The position numbers were made by a program, and so were the translations under genes. Positions 16,152-24,825 of a stretch of 27,123 nt of DNA are shown one piece after another. Under the pieces are notes generated by a model, which did not search any database, had not been told where the DNA came from, and worked only from the letters and a program-made list of their open reading frames with translations. Source of the DNA: a virus (Duplodnaviria > Caudoviricetes); IMG/VR virus record IMGVR_UViG_3300037483_000586, positions 1 to 27,123 of that record; one strand, written 5' to 3'. Numbering within the stretch: the stretch's first letter is position 1; each line of letters opens with the position of its first letter.

Positions 16152-16542
16152 GATCCACCGCGCCTTTGCCGCGCGCATCTTCGTAGAGCGCGGTCACCAG
16201 CATCGCCTTCTTTGCCGCTGGCAGCCGGATCTTCCGGTCGACCAGGATCTCTTCCACCGCTTCCATCACGGCGGCGAGCAGCTCATTGTAGACGGCAGGC
16301 TGTTGCAATTTGTGCGCGGCCTCCGGCGCCGTCTTGCGACCGGTGATGATGTATCCGACGTCGGCGCCGGCCTCCGACCACAGGTACAGCGTGACGGCGT
16401 TGGGCGTGGGCTCGCCTTCCTTCTCCCATTCGATCATCGAGCGCTTGGAGGCATTGCCGAGTTGAGCGAACGCCTCGACCGTGAAGCCGAGCCGCTTCCG
16501 CTCTTCCCTGAGCCGTGTCCCGATGGATGAAGTTTTCTGCAC
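16114..16542 (-). CDS. Phage repressor (XRE HTH), about 142 aa
   Basis: SIGTRLREERKRLGFT.EAFA.LG.ASKRSMIEWEK...P....L......GADV.YIITG; divergent from the ner-like gene. The GTG 16542 start is inferred and has no SD. Confidence 0.88.
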   Translation of the reverse strand: MQKTSSIGTRLREERKRLGFTVEAFAQLGNASKRSMIEWEKEGEPTPNAVTLYLWSEAGADVGYIITGRKTAPEAAHKLQQPAVYNELLAAVMEAVEEILVDRKIRLPAAKKAMLVTALYEDARGKGAVDRATVLNLVKLAA

Positions 16543-16579
16543 CGTGCCAGTTGACAGGCGGTGCAGATTTCTGCACCAT
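16526..16579 (+). promoter_or_regulatory. Early promoter with operators
   Basis: TTGACA (16551-16556)-17 nt-CACCAT. Operator GGTGCA-GATTTC-TGCACC at 16560-16577 and degenerate GATGAA-GTTTTC-TGCACC at 16526-16543. Confidence 0.75.
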
Positions 16580-16610
16580 ACCCAGACATTCACAGAAACC
16601 AACAGGCTAC

Positions 16611-16835
16611 ATGGCGCAGGCACGCAAAGTAAAGACACCCCCCATCAAGACTGGCCGGGAGGTCGAGGCTGAGTTCGAGCGCACCGGCACCTCCGTATCG
16701 GAATGGGCGCGCGAGCACGACTTCAACCCGAACCTGGTGTTCGAGGTGCTGAAGGGCCGGGTGAAGGGCAAACGCGGCAAGGCGCACAACATCGCCGTGC
16801 TGCTCGGCATGAAGCACGGCGAGATCCGCGCATGA
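16611..16835 (+). CDS. Ner-like DNA-binding protein (BcepMu gp16 family)
   Basis: GTSVSEWAREHDF.PNLV.EVL.GR.K.KRGKAHNIAVLLGMK; first gene of the early operon. Confidence 0.88.
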   Translation: MAQARKVKTPPIKTGREVEAEFERTGTSVSEWAREHDFNPNLVFEVLKGRVKGKRGKAHNIAVLLGMKHGEIRA

Positions 16836-19162
16836 GCGCGGGCGCGAATCCGGCCGGCGCGGAGCCGGCGAACGACGATGCCTTCCTTCCTGCGGGCGAC
16901 CTGGTCGGGTTGCCCGGCCTGCCGGCGACGCCGAGCGGCGCGATCCGCTGGCTGCGCAAGAGCAACATCACATCGAGAGCGGTTCCCGGCCGCGGCGGTC
17001 CCGGCGGCAAGCGCGTCGAGTACGCGGTCGCCGAGCTGCCCGCCGCCACGCGCGCCGCGCTCGCCGCGCGCGCGATCAACGCAATCAACGGCCCGCGCGC
17101 GTCGATCGCGCCGGTCGAGCCGGCCGCGGTGAAGGCGGGCGCGGTCGAAGGCGCGAAGCTCGCGCTGCGCGAAGGTCTCACCGAGCGCGCGGCGGAAGCG
17201 GCGCGCCTCAACTCATTGAAGGGCAGCACCGCGCTGCGCGGAAGATCGCGCGAGCGCATGGACGCGAAGCTGGAGATCCTGCGCGCGCTGGCGCTCTACC
17301 AGGAAGCGGGCAGTTTGTCGGTGCAGGCGAGCGAGGTTCATTTTGCCGCCGCCTACGCGAAGCGCGAGATCGAGGTCAGCGACGCGGCGCGGTCGATGAT
17401 CCCCGACGTCGGCGCATCGACGCTCGCCAACTGGCGGCGCCTCATCCGCACCAGGGGCATCACCGCGCTCGCGGGCTCCTACGGCAACCGCAAGGGCGAC
17501 GGCACGATCGACCGGCAGCCGCAACTGCGCGACTTCATCATCGGCATGCTGGTGCGCTCACCGCACGCGCGCGCCACGCACGTCAGGGACGGCATCCGCG
17601 CGCGCTTCGGCGCCACGGCCTCGATCGTCGAGCCCTCGCTGCGCCGGCTGGAGAAGTGGCTCGCCGACTGGCGCATTGATAACGCGCAGACGATCACGGC
17701 GCTCGCCAACCCCGACGCCTGGAAGGGCAAGTACATGGTCGCCTTCGGTTCGCAGTCCGAAGGCGTCGTGCGTTTGAACCAGCGTTGGGAGCTGGACGGC
17801 ACGCCCGGCGACGTGATGCTGACCGACGGCCGGCACATGGTGATCGGCGGCATCGATGTCTATTCGCGGCGCCCCCGCATCCTCGTGAGCAAGACCGCGA
17901 AGGCGACCGCCGTCGCCGCGCTCAACCGCAAGATGCTGCTCGACTTCGGCCCGCCCGAGGAAGTCAAGACCGACAACGGCTCGGACTACAAGTCGAAGCA
18001 CATGATCCGGGTGTTCAGCGCGCTCGACATCGGGCAGACCTTCTGCCCGCCGTTCCAGCCCTGGCACAAGCCGCACATCGAGCGGTTCTTCGGCACCTTC
18101 ACGCGCGACCTGGTCGAGCTGCTCGACGGCTTCATCGGCCACAACGTCGCCGAGCGCTCCGCGATCGAGGCGCGCCAGTCGTTCGCCGAGCGCCTGATGA
18201 CGCGCGGCGAAGCGGTCGATATCACGATGAGCGCCGCCGAGTTCCAGAAATTCTGCGACGATTGGATCGACGCGGTCTACATGCACCGGCCACACGACGG
18301 CCTGGACGGCAAGACGCCGTTCGAGGTCGCGGCGGCGTGGCCGCACCCGGTGCGCCGCATCGAGGACGAACGCGCGCTCGACGTGCTGCTCGGCGAGGGC
18401 GTGTGGCGCACGGCGCAGAAGAAGGGCATCGAGATCGACGGCGCCTGGTTCATCGCGCCCGAGCTGGAACGGCACGTCGGCGAAAAGGTGCTGTGCCTGC
18501 AGCTCCCGGATCTGGGCCGCGTCGTCGTCCAGGGTGGGCCGGATCTCGCCTTCGTCTGCATCGCCGAATGCCCGGAGCGCACCGGCATCGACCGCAAGGA
18601 AGTCGCCGCGGTCGCGCGCGAACGGCAGAAGGCGCGCGTGCAGGAAGAGCGCCGCGCCCTCAAGGCGATCGGCAAACGCGAGCGCACCGAAAACATCGTC
18701 GACGAGATCCTGGCCGACCGGGCGCGCAAGGCGGCGCGCCTCGGCGCGTTCCCCAGGCCCGCGATCGTTCACGACTCGGCCGGCTTGTCCGCCGCGGCCG
18801 ACGCGGTCGCCGAGCTGCACCGGCCGGCGCGCAGCTCCGCCGAGCTGATGAGCGAAGACCAGGCGCGCGCCGAGCGCGCGCGCATCGAGCAGGACATCGC
18901 GGCCGGCGCCGACAACGAACTCGCGCGACGCCGGATCGAAAGCGGCGCCGAAGAGCTGCAGCCGGTGTTCGAGAACCGTTACGAGCGCGTGGTCTGGATC
19001 GCGCGGCGCGCGAAGTTCCGCGCGCTCACCGGAGAAGAGACGGAATTCCTCGCCGCCTACCGGCGCGAGCAGCCGACGTCCTACAGGCAGTTGATGCAGA
19101 TGGTCGACGAGCAGTCGGCGCCGCATGAGAAGGAAGCGCCGGAGCGATCCGGCGCGGCGTAG
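16832..19162 (+). CDS. MuA-like DDE transposase (776 aa)
   Basis: ATGA-coupled start; N-terminal Mu-type DNA-binding domain (LPGLP...GRGG...EYAV.ELP); catalytic WELDGT, KTDNGSDY, KPHIERFF. Confidence 0.96.
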   Translation: MSAGANPAGAEPANDDAFLPAGDLVGLPGLPATPSGAIRWLRKSNITSRAVPGRGGPGGKRVEYAVAELPAATRAALAARAINAINGPRASIAPVEPAAVKAGAVEGAKLALREGLTERAAEAARLNSLKGSTALRGRSRERMDAKLEILRALALYQEAGSLSVQASEVHFAAAYAKREIEVSDAARSMIPDVGASTLANWRRLIRTRGITALAGSYGNRKGDGTIDRQPQLRDFIIGMLVRSPHARATHVRDGIRARFGATASIVEPSLRRLEKWLADWRIDNAQTITALANPDAWKGKYMVAFGSQSEGVVRLNQRWELDGTPGDVMLTDGRHMVIGGIDVYSRRPRILVSKTAKATAVAALNRKMLLDFGPPEEVKTDNGSDYKSKHMIRVFSALDIGQTFCPPFQPWHKPHIERFFGTFTRDLVELLDGFIGHNVAERSAIEARQSFAERLMTRGEAVDITMSAAEFQKFCDDWIDAVYMHRPHDGLDGKTPFEVAAAWPHPVRRIEDERALDVLLGEGVWRTAQKKGIEIDGAWFIAPELERHVGEKVLCLQLPDLGRVVVQGGPDLAFVCIAECPERTGIDRKEVAAVARERQKARVQEERRALKAIGKRERTENIVDEILADRARKAARLGAFPRPAIVHDSAGLSAAADAVAELHRPARSSAELMSEDQARAERARIEQDIAAGADNELARRRIESGAEELQPVFENRYERVVWIARRAKFRALTGEETEFLAAYRREQPTSYRQLMQMVDEQSAPHEKEAPERSGAA

Positions 19163-19167
19163 CACCG

Positions 19168-19194
19168 CCGGCAGCATTTTGCTGCCGGTTTTTT
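19168..19194 (+). terminator. Intrinsic terminator-like hairpin between A and B
   Basis: CCGGCAGCA-TTT-TGCTGCCGG-TTTTTT. Confidence 0.7.
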
Positions 19195-19222
19195 AACGCA
19201 CCACTACGACGGGAGATTTGAG

Positions 19223-19948
19223 ATGCGATACAAGATGGCGATCGTCAAGAACATCATGAACCTGCGCACCGCCTACGAGGCGCTCGCGCAGCGCGGCCAC
19301 GGCGTCGAGGGCATGGGCCTGGTGTACGGCGATGCGGGCTTCGGCAAGACCTCGGCGCTCACCTGGCTGCGCGGGCAGACCAACGCGGTCTACGTGCGCG
19401 CGCTCTCGACCTGGACGCAGCGTTCGATGCTGGCCACGATCATGCGCGAACTCGGCCACGAGCCGCTGCACCGCGCCGCCGACAACGTGAGCGCGATCGT
19501 GCGCCTGATGATCGCGAGCAACCGCGGCCTCTTCGTCGACGAGCTGGACTACCTGGTCGGGCGCGGCGAGCTGCTGCCGGCCCTGGACACGCTGCGCGAC
19601 ATCCACGACATGGCGAAGATGCCGGTGCTGCTGATCGGCATGAAGGGCGTGCAGGCGAAGATCGCCAACCGCCTGCAGCTCGCGCGCCGCATCACGCAAT
19701 GGGTCGCGTTCCTGCCCGCCGACGCGGCCGACGCCCGCGTGCTCGCCGACACGGTGTGCGAAGTCGGCGTCGACGACGAGCTGCTCGCGGATCTGCACGG
19801 CGAGGCGAACGGCAACATCGGCCTCGTCTCCAACGGCCTCGCGCGCATCGAACACTTCGCGAAGGCCAACGGCAAGAAGACCGTCACCCGCGAGCTGTGG
19901 GGCCAGCGGCAGTTCTTCCTCGGCCAGCCGGGAGCCGCGCGCAAATGA
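19223..19948 (+). CDS. MuB-like AAA+ transposition ATPase
   Basis: Walker A GDAGFGKT, Walker B LFVDELD, LRDIHD...PVLLIGM; follows the transposase. Confidence 0.94.
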   Translation: MRYKMAIVKNIMNLRTAYEALAQRGHGVEGMGLVYGDAGFGKTSALTWLRGQTNAVYVRALSTWTQRSMLATIMRELGHEPLHRAADNVSAIVRLMIASNRGLFVDELDYLVGRGELLPALDTLRDIHDMAKMPVLLIGMKGVQAKIANRLQLARRITQWVAFLPADAADARVLADTVCEVGVDDELLADLHGEANGNIGLVSNGLARIEHFAKANGKKTVTRELWGQRQFFLGQPGAARK

Positions 19949-20316
19949 GGCAGCGCGCTTTCGGACGCCACAACGTGACGACGCGGCCGACGCCGAAGCG
20001 CGACACGTTGTGGCTGGCGATGCGCCAGATGATCCGCTTCGACATCCCGACGCTCGTGATGACGACCGAGGCGAAGAAGCGCAGCACGGCCGACTTCGTC
20101 TACGCGCTCGCGGGCGCCGGGTACCTGCGCAAGCAGCGCATCGGCAACGGCGCGGGCGTGGTCGGCGGCTGTCGGTTCATGTGGCAGCTCGTGCGCGACA
20201 CCGGCCCGAAGACGCCGATCACCAAGCGCGACGGCAGCGTGGTCGACCAGAACGAGCAGAAGACCTATCCGCCGCTCAACGCCGAAGGGAGGGCGGATGC
20301 TCAAGACGCTCCGTGA
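19945..20316 (+). CDS. Conserved winged-helix-like early protein
   Basis: ATGA-coupled; LW.AMR...F, L..AGYL, W.LVRDTGP.TP, V.DQN. Confidence 0.75.
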   Translation: MRQRAFGRHNVTTRPTPKRDTLWLAMRQMIRFDIPTLVMTTEAKKRSTADFVYALAGAGYLRKQRIGNGAGVVGGCRFMWQLVRDTGPKTPITKRDGSVVDQNEQKTYPPLNAEGRADAQDAP

Positions 20317-20635
20317 CGCCCGCAAGGATTGGCTCGGCGTGCTGCGCACGGCCGTCGAGCGCGACGGACTGCGCAAGGTATCCGCGCAGCTCGGCCGCTC
20401 CAAGGGCTGCATCAGCGACGTGCTCGCCGGCAAGTACGGCGCGAGCACCAAGCGCATCGAAGAGCGCGTGCGCGGCGCGCTGATGGACATGCGCATCACC
20501 TGCCCGGTGCTCGGCGAGATCCCGCCGGGCGAATGCCAGGACTGGCAAGAGAAGCCCTTCGCCGCAACCAACCCCGAGCGCGTCGCCGTCTACAAGGCGT
20601 GCCGCGCCGGCTGTCCGAACTACAGGAGGTCGTGA
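20297..20635 (+). CDS. HTH protein with a Cys-rich C-terminus
   Basis: VSAQLGRSKGCISDVLAGKY HTH; CPVLGEI...C...C...CP. Confidence 0.8.
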   Translation: MLKTLRDARKDWLGVLRTAVERDGLRKVSAQLGRSKGCISDVLAGKYGASTKRIEERVRGALMDMRITCPVLGEIPPGECQDWQEKPFAATNPERVAVYKACRAGCPNYRRS

Positions 20636-20636
20636 C

Positions 20637-20843
20637 ATGGAGAAACCGAAGAAACCCCGCATCTCGATCCTCGATCGCCGCTTCAAATGGGTCGACTCGG
20701 CCAACACCGACGTCGGCCGGCACCTGCGCGCGGCCAAGCGCGCGCAGCGCGCCCAGGAGAAGGCGCGTGCGCTGGAACAGCAGCGCGAGGTCGAACAGCA
20801 GCGCGAAGTCGTGCCCATGCGCAAGCGGAGCGCGCAGTCGTGA
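20637..20843 (+). CDS. Hypothetical protein, 68 aa
   Basis: GGAGG SD; tiles the operon. Confidence 0.7.
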   Translation: MEKPKKPRISILDRRFKWVDSANTDVGRHLRAAKRAQRAQEKARALEQQREVEQQREVVPMRKRSAQS

Positions 20844-21034
20844 TCCGGCACGCGACGGTCGCGCAGCGCGAGAGCGTCGCGCTGGTGCTGCCCGACGAGC
20901 TGATCGACTTCCTCGGCGAGCGCTATCTCAAGCTGCCTGCGATCTGGCGGCGCCGGATGCCGTTTGAACGCTACCTCTGCATGCGCGTACGCAACGGCGC
21001 GCTGTTCGAGAAGCTGCGCCGGAGGCCGGCGTGA
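20840..21034 (+). CDS. Hypothetical protein, 64 aa
   Basis: GTGA overlaps at both ends; GGAG SD. Confidence 0.65.
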   Translation: MIRHATVAQRESVALVLPDELIDFLGERYLKLPAIWRRRMPFERYLCMRVRNGALFEKLRRRPA

Positions 21035-21561
21035 ACCTCACCGATCGCGCGATCGAGCTGATCCGCAGGCGCGGCACGATGCGCTCGCCAGAGCTGAGCA
21101 AGGCGCTCGGCCACAGCGGCATCTCGGCGCTGCTGCGGCCCAAGGTCGAAGATGGCACGCTCGTCGCGTGCACGGTGCGCCGGCCCGAAGGCGGCATGCC
21201 CGTCAACGAGTACCGGCTCTCGGTCGCGGGCGGCGGGAAGCTGACCGATTTCAACGACATCAGCCGCGCCAACGCGGCGCGCCAGGCCGCGCGCCCTGCA
21301 GCACCCGCGCCGGCCGCGAAGGCGCCGCCGCACGATCCGGTCAACCCGCGCATCGGCGCGATCGAGAAGGACATCGCGATTCCGGCCAGGTCGAACCGGG
21401 GCGAGATCCGCAAGGCGCTCGAAGCGATGGCGGTCGGCGACTCGCGCGTCCTGAGCTACAGCAAGCAGGCGATCCGCTACGCCGCCGGCAAGGCGGGCAT
21501 CGAAGTGCTGATGCGCTCCGGCGACGTTGAGGGCGATCTGCGCGTCTGGAGGATGAAGTGA
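21031..21561 (+). CDS. Hypothetical DNA-binding-like protein, 176 aa
   Basis: GTGA-coupled with GGAGG SD; wHTH-like N-half, Ala/Pro linker, C-domain ending in LRVWR. Confidence 0.7.
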   Translation: MNLTDRAIELIRRRGTMRSPELSKALGHSGISALLRPKVEDGTLVACTVRRPEGGMPVNEYRLSVAGGGKLTDFNDISRANAARQAARPAAPAPAAKAPPHDPVNPRIGAIEKDIAIPARSNRGEIRKALEAMAVGDSRVLSYSKQAIRYAAGKAGIEVLMRSGDVEGDLRVWRMK

Positions 21562-21908
21562 GCCGCATCGCGATCACCGCCAACCGGGTGCTCGGCGTGC
21601 TCGGCGCGCACGTCGGCGCGAAGAACGGCATCCACGCCGAGCAGCTCGTGATGAAGATCTCCGGCCTGCCCGAGCGCGACCTGTTCCTCGAGCGCGAGCT
21701 GCGCAAGGTGATCGAGGGCCTGCGCAACGAAGGCTTCCACATCTGCGGCACGCCGGGCGACGGCTACTACCTGGCCGAGACTGACGACGAGCTGAACCGC
21801 ACCTGCGAATTCCTCTACGCGCGCGCCATGACCTCGCTGCAGCAGATCTCGAGAATGAAGAAGGTCAGCCTGCCGGATCTGCGCGGCCAACTGAAGCTGC
21901 CGACCTGA
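21558..21908 (+). CDS. Winged-helix protein, 116 aa
   Basis: H.GAKNGI, RELRKVIE.LR.EG.HICG.P..GYYLA. Confidence 0.78.
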   Translation: MSRIAITANRVLGVLGAHVGAKNGIHAEQLVMKISGLPERDLFLERELRKVIEGLRNEGFHICGTPGDGYYLAETDDELNRTCEFLYARAMTSLQQISRMKKVSLPDLRGQLKLPT

Positions 21909-21910
21909 CG

Positions 21911-22147
21911 ATGGCCGTGCTCTCCATCAACGCGCAGAACCGCATGTGCCACGGCAAGAACCGCTATCCGGCCGAGATCGCCGCGCTGATTGCGGCGCAA
22001 CGCTACGCCGAGCTGCGCAAGGTGCGGCTGCGCGTCTACGCCTGCCCGGTCTGCGACGGCTGGCACATCACCAAGCAGTTCGGCAGCGAATTGAAGAAGG
22101 GTACGTCCCGGCCGCGCCCGGCCCAACGCCAGGCGCGCCGCCCTTGA
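21911..22147 (+). CDS. Small Zn-binding-like protein, 78 aa
   Basis: C.GK.RY ... RVYACPVCDGWHIT. Confidence 0.72.
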   Translation: MAVLSINAQNRMCHGKNRYPAEIAALIAAQRYAELRKVRLRVYACPVCDGWHITKQFGSELKKGTSRPRPAQRQARRP

Positions 22148-22719
22148 TGACGATCGCCAAGGAGAAAGCAGACGTGAACGCAAGAACCAACGATGTCCAA
22201 ATCACCGAGATCGACCAGCTCGCCCGCCAGTACGCCGACGCGCAGATGGCGCTCGACGGCCTCACCAATGACCTCAGAACGAAGATCGACCAGGTCGTGC
22301 GTAACGCCTGGCCAGAGCTGCGCCGCGCGACCACGCGCGCGGCCGAGCGTTACGAGGCGCTCTACGCGCTGGTCAGCGAATCGCGCGCGGTCTTCGACAA
22401 GCCCAAGACCAAGATCCTGCACGGCGTGCGCGTCGGCTTCCGCAAGTCCAAAGACACCGTCCAGGTGCTGAACACCGAGAACACCGTCGCGCTGATCAAG
22501 AAGCACCTGGCAGACCAGGCCGAGGTGCTGATCTCGACGACCGAGAAGCCGGTGCAATCCGCGATCGAGCAGCTCGGCGACGGCGACCTGAAGCTGATCG
22601 GCTGCAAGCGCGTCGCCGGCAGCGACGAGCCGGTCGCCGCCATCGCCGAGACCGAGATCGACAAGGTCGTGCAGGCGCTGATGAAGAGTGCGATCGAGAA
22701 AGCCGAGGCCGCGTCATGA
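22147..22719 (+). CDS. gam: Gam-like host-nuclease inhibitor (DNA end protection)
   Basis: N-terminal coiled coil then F.KPKT.ILHGVRVGFRK and LI.TTEKP; Mu early-region position. Alternative start GTG 22174 with AAGGAG SD. Confidence 0.65.
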   Translation: MTIAKEKADVNARTNDVQITEIDQLARQYADAQMALDGLTNDLRTKIDQVVRNAWPELRRATTRAAERYEALYALVSESRAVFDKPKTKILHGVRVGFRKSKDTVQVLNTENTVALIKKHLADQAEVLISTTEKPVQSAIEQLGDGDLKLIGCKRVAGSDEPVAAIAETEIDKVVQALMKSAIEKAEAAS

Positions 22720-23288
22720 ACCGCGAACTCATCGCGCAGCTCGATAGCGCCATCCGCTTCGGCACGCCGACGACACCGGCATTCCTGGAGAAGATCAAGG
22801 CCGCGCTCTCACCGGAGAGCACACCGCAGATGTCCACGCTCAATGCGATGAGCCCGGAAGGGTTGCATCCGGCCACCAAGAAACTCGTCTTTGATTTCGC
22901 ATGCGCCCTTGCCGACAAGCTCCACGAAGCCGAGAAGAAATACGGCTACTCGGACGGCTGGCGCGACAACGACTGGATGGACGAATGCCGTGTCAAGTTG
23001 CGCGAACACGTAGAGAAGGGCGATCCGCGCGACGTAGCGGCCTACTGCGCATTCCTCTGGCATCACGGGGAAAGCACCGCGCCAAAGATCCGAGGCGCGG
23101 TGTACGAAAGCTGGAAACGCCTAGCCGAGCAGCGCGGCTGGAAGGTTCCCCTCAACGACGCATTCCCCGATCAGACCTGGATCGACTATTGGGCGGCGAT
23201 GGCGAAGTACGAGACACAGCTCGCGGCAGGCGATCCCGATCCAGGACGTCCTGTGGTGCCACATCGGTCAGGCGGGGGCGCGTCATGA
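22716..23288 (+). CDS. Hypothetical protein with an all-alpha EHVEKGDPRDVAAYCAFLW domain
   Basis: ATGA-coupled at both ends; the motif is widespread in phage early proteins. Confidence 0.75.
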   Translation: MNRELIAQLDSAIRFGTPTTPAFLEKIKAALSPESTPQMSTLNAMSPEGLHPATKKLVFDFACALADKLHEAEKKYGYSDGWRDNDWMDECRVKLREHVEKGDPRDVAAYCAFLWHHGESTAPKIRGAVYESWKRLAEQRGWKVPLNDAFPDQTWIDYWAAMAKYETQLAAGDPDPGRPVVPHRSGGGAS

Positions 23289-23923
23289 CCCTCTACGACC
23301 GAGCGCCTGCACCGGGAGCTGACGGCATGAACGGCCCGCACATCTTCACCGTCACCTTCGACGACGCGATCATTTCCGAGTGCGGGCAGTACCGCTACCG
23401 CCTGACGCGGCGCATCACGCCGCATGATCTCGGCCACTTCGGCTGCGACGGCCATTATCGCTACACGCCAGAGCGGATCGCGAACTTCATCATGCTCAAC
23501 CCGAGCACCGCGGACTGGACGACGAACGATCCGACCATCCGGCGTTGCATCGGCTACGCGATGGCGTGGGGCTGCGCTGCGCTTGTCGTGTCCAACCTGT
23601 TCGGCTTCCGCGCCACCGACCCGCGCTACATCGCGATCGTTCGAGATCCGGTCGGCCCACTGAACAACGACTACGTGATCGGCGCCGCGTGCCGCGCGCA
23701 CGAGAGCGGCGGCGTGGTCGTCGCGGCCTGGGGCGTGAACGGCTGGCACCGCGACCAGGACCGCCATGTGATGTCGCTGCTCACGCAGACGCTCGGCATC
23801 CCGGTCAAGTGCATGGGCACGACGGCCGAAGGCTTTCCGCGCCATCCGCTCTACCTCACCAGGAAAACGCCGCTCGCGCCCTACGCCGGCCGGCCGCTCA
23901 TGGAGGTCAAGCCGCGTGGATAG
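23285..23923 (+). CDS. DUF1643 family protein
   Basis: S.CG.YRY.L.R, FIMLNPSTAD...DPTIRRC, NLF.FRATDP, VAAWG, PRHPLY. Confidence 0.9.
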   Translation: MTLYDRAPAPGADGMNGPHIFTVTFDDAIISECGQYRYRLTRRITPHDLGHFGCDGHYRYTPERIANFIMLNPSTADWTTNDPTIRRCIGYAMAWGCAALVVSNLFGFRATDPRYIAIVRDPVGPLNNDYVIGAACRAHESGGVVVAAWGVNGWHRDQDRHVMSLLTQTLGIPVKCMGTTAEGFPRHPLYLTRKTPLAPYAGRPLMEVKPRG

Positions 23924-24017
23924 GTTCCTCGAGACGCTGCCGCTCTGGCTCGGCCTGGCCGGCGCGCTGCTGTTCGTCGCGTCGATGTCCATTCAACTCT
24001 GGACGGCCTACCGCTGA
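23916..24017 (+). CDS. Small single-pass membrane protein, 33 aa
   Basis: GGAGG SD, GTG start, MDRFLETLPLWLGLAGALLFVASMSIQLWTAYR*, TGATG-coupled to the next gene. Confidence 0.6.
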   Translation: MDRFLETLPLWLGLAGALLFVASMSIQLWTAYR

Positions 24018-24475
24018 TGGACCGCGCTCCCATCGAGCAGATCCAGCTCGGGAATATCTACGCGATATTTCCCGAGTTCCGGGCGTTCAAGCACCGGGTG
24101 CCGTTCCTCACGCCGAAGCAACAGCACATGCTGATCCTGCGCATGGCGCTGAACAGCATCCGCGTTGGCGAATGCATCTGCTGGTGCGCCCATTGCAACA
24201 ACGACGGCTACCCGAAGACCAACTTCAACGTCTTCGGGTCGCCGCGCAGCCTGTACGTCCACCAGCTCGCGCTGAGCATGAAGACGGGGCGCGATCCGCG
24301 CCATTGGGAGGAAGCCGGCCACGGCTGCGACATGCCGGGCTGCATCAACCCCAAGCACCTGGCGTTCGAGCGCATCGTCAGCAACCGCCGCCGCTCGGCC
24401 GACAACACCAACCGCAAGAAAGCGCGCGGGCTGCGCAGGCGCCGCCGCGAGCACGAGGAAAGGGCATCGGCATGA
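24017..24475 (+). CDS. HNH / His-Me finger endonuclease-like protein
   Basis: C..W......DGY, VHQLA, H.CD.P.CINP.HL....N. Confidence 0.82.
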   Translation: MDRAPIEQIQLGNIYAIFPEFRAFKHRVPFLTPKQQHMLILRMALNSIRVGECICWCAHCNNDGYPKTNFNVFGSPRSLYVHQLALSMKTGRDPRHWEEAGHGCDMPGCINPKHLAFERIVSNRRRSADNTNRKKARGLRRRRREHEERASA

Positions 24476-24825
24476 GCTGCGCCCTCCGATACCTGGGCGT
24501 GGCCACGCGGCGCGCAATCCTTAGCGGCGATGAACCTGCGTGGCTGCTGGCTCACCCGCGTCGCAGCTACGTTCGCCAGGGTTACCTGTCGTGCCCCGAG
24601 TGGGTCGATCGCACTGAGATGCGATGGATCGACTGGTGCCGCCGTTCCTGGTCGAAGGCGACGGGCGTCGAGCATGTGCTCGACCACATCCAACCGTTGA
24701 ACCATCCGCGCGTGAACGGTCTTACGGTGCCCTGGAATTTTCGCCTGGTGCCGCGCATGACGAACGCGACGAAGGGAAACACCTGGTGCGACACCCAGGG
24801 CGAAATCTTTGGAGATCGCGCATGA
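24472..24825 (+). CDS. HNH endonuclease-like protein, 117 aa
   Basis: ATGA-coupled; P.WVD, HVLDHIQPL....V.GL.VPWN......N..KGN. Confidence 0.8.
   Translation: MSCALRYLGVATRRAILSGDEPAWLLAHPRRSYVRQGYLSCPEWVDRTEMRWIDWCRRSWSKATGVEHVLDHIQPLNHPRVNGLTVPWNFRLVPRMTNATKGNTWCDTQGEIFGDRA

Noticed and set aside
16543-16638. ORF-track N-terminal extensions of the repressor, ner-like and transposase genes (starts 16638, 16515, 16703)
   Set aside because: They run across the promoter/operators or the neighbouring gene; starts at 16542, 16611 and 16832 fit domain boundaries and coupling.
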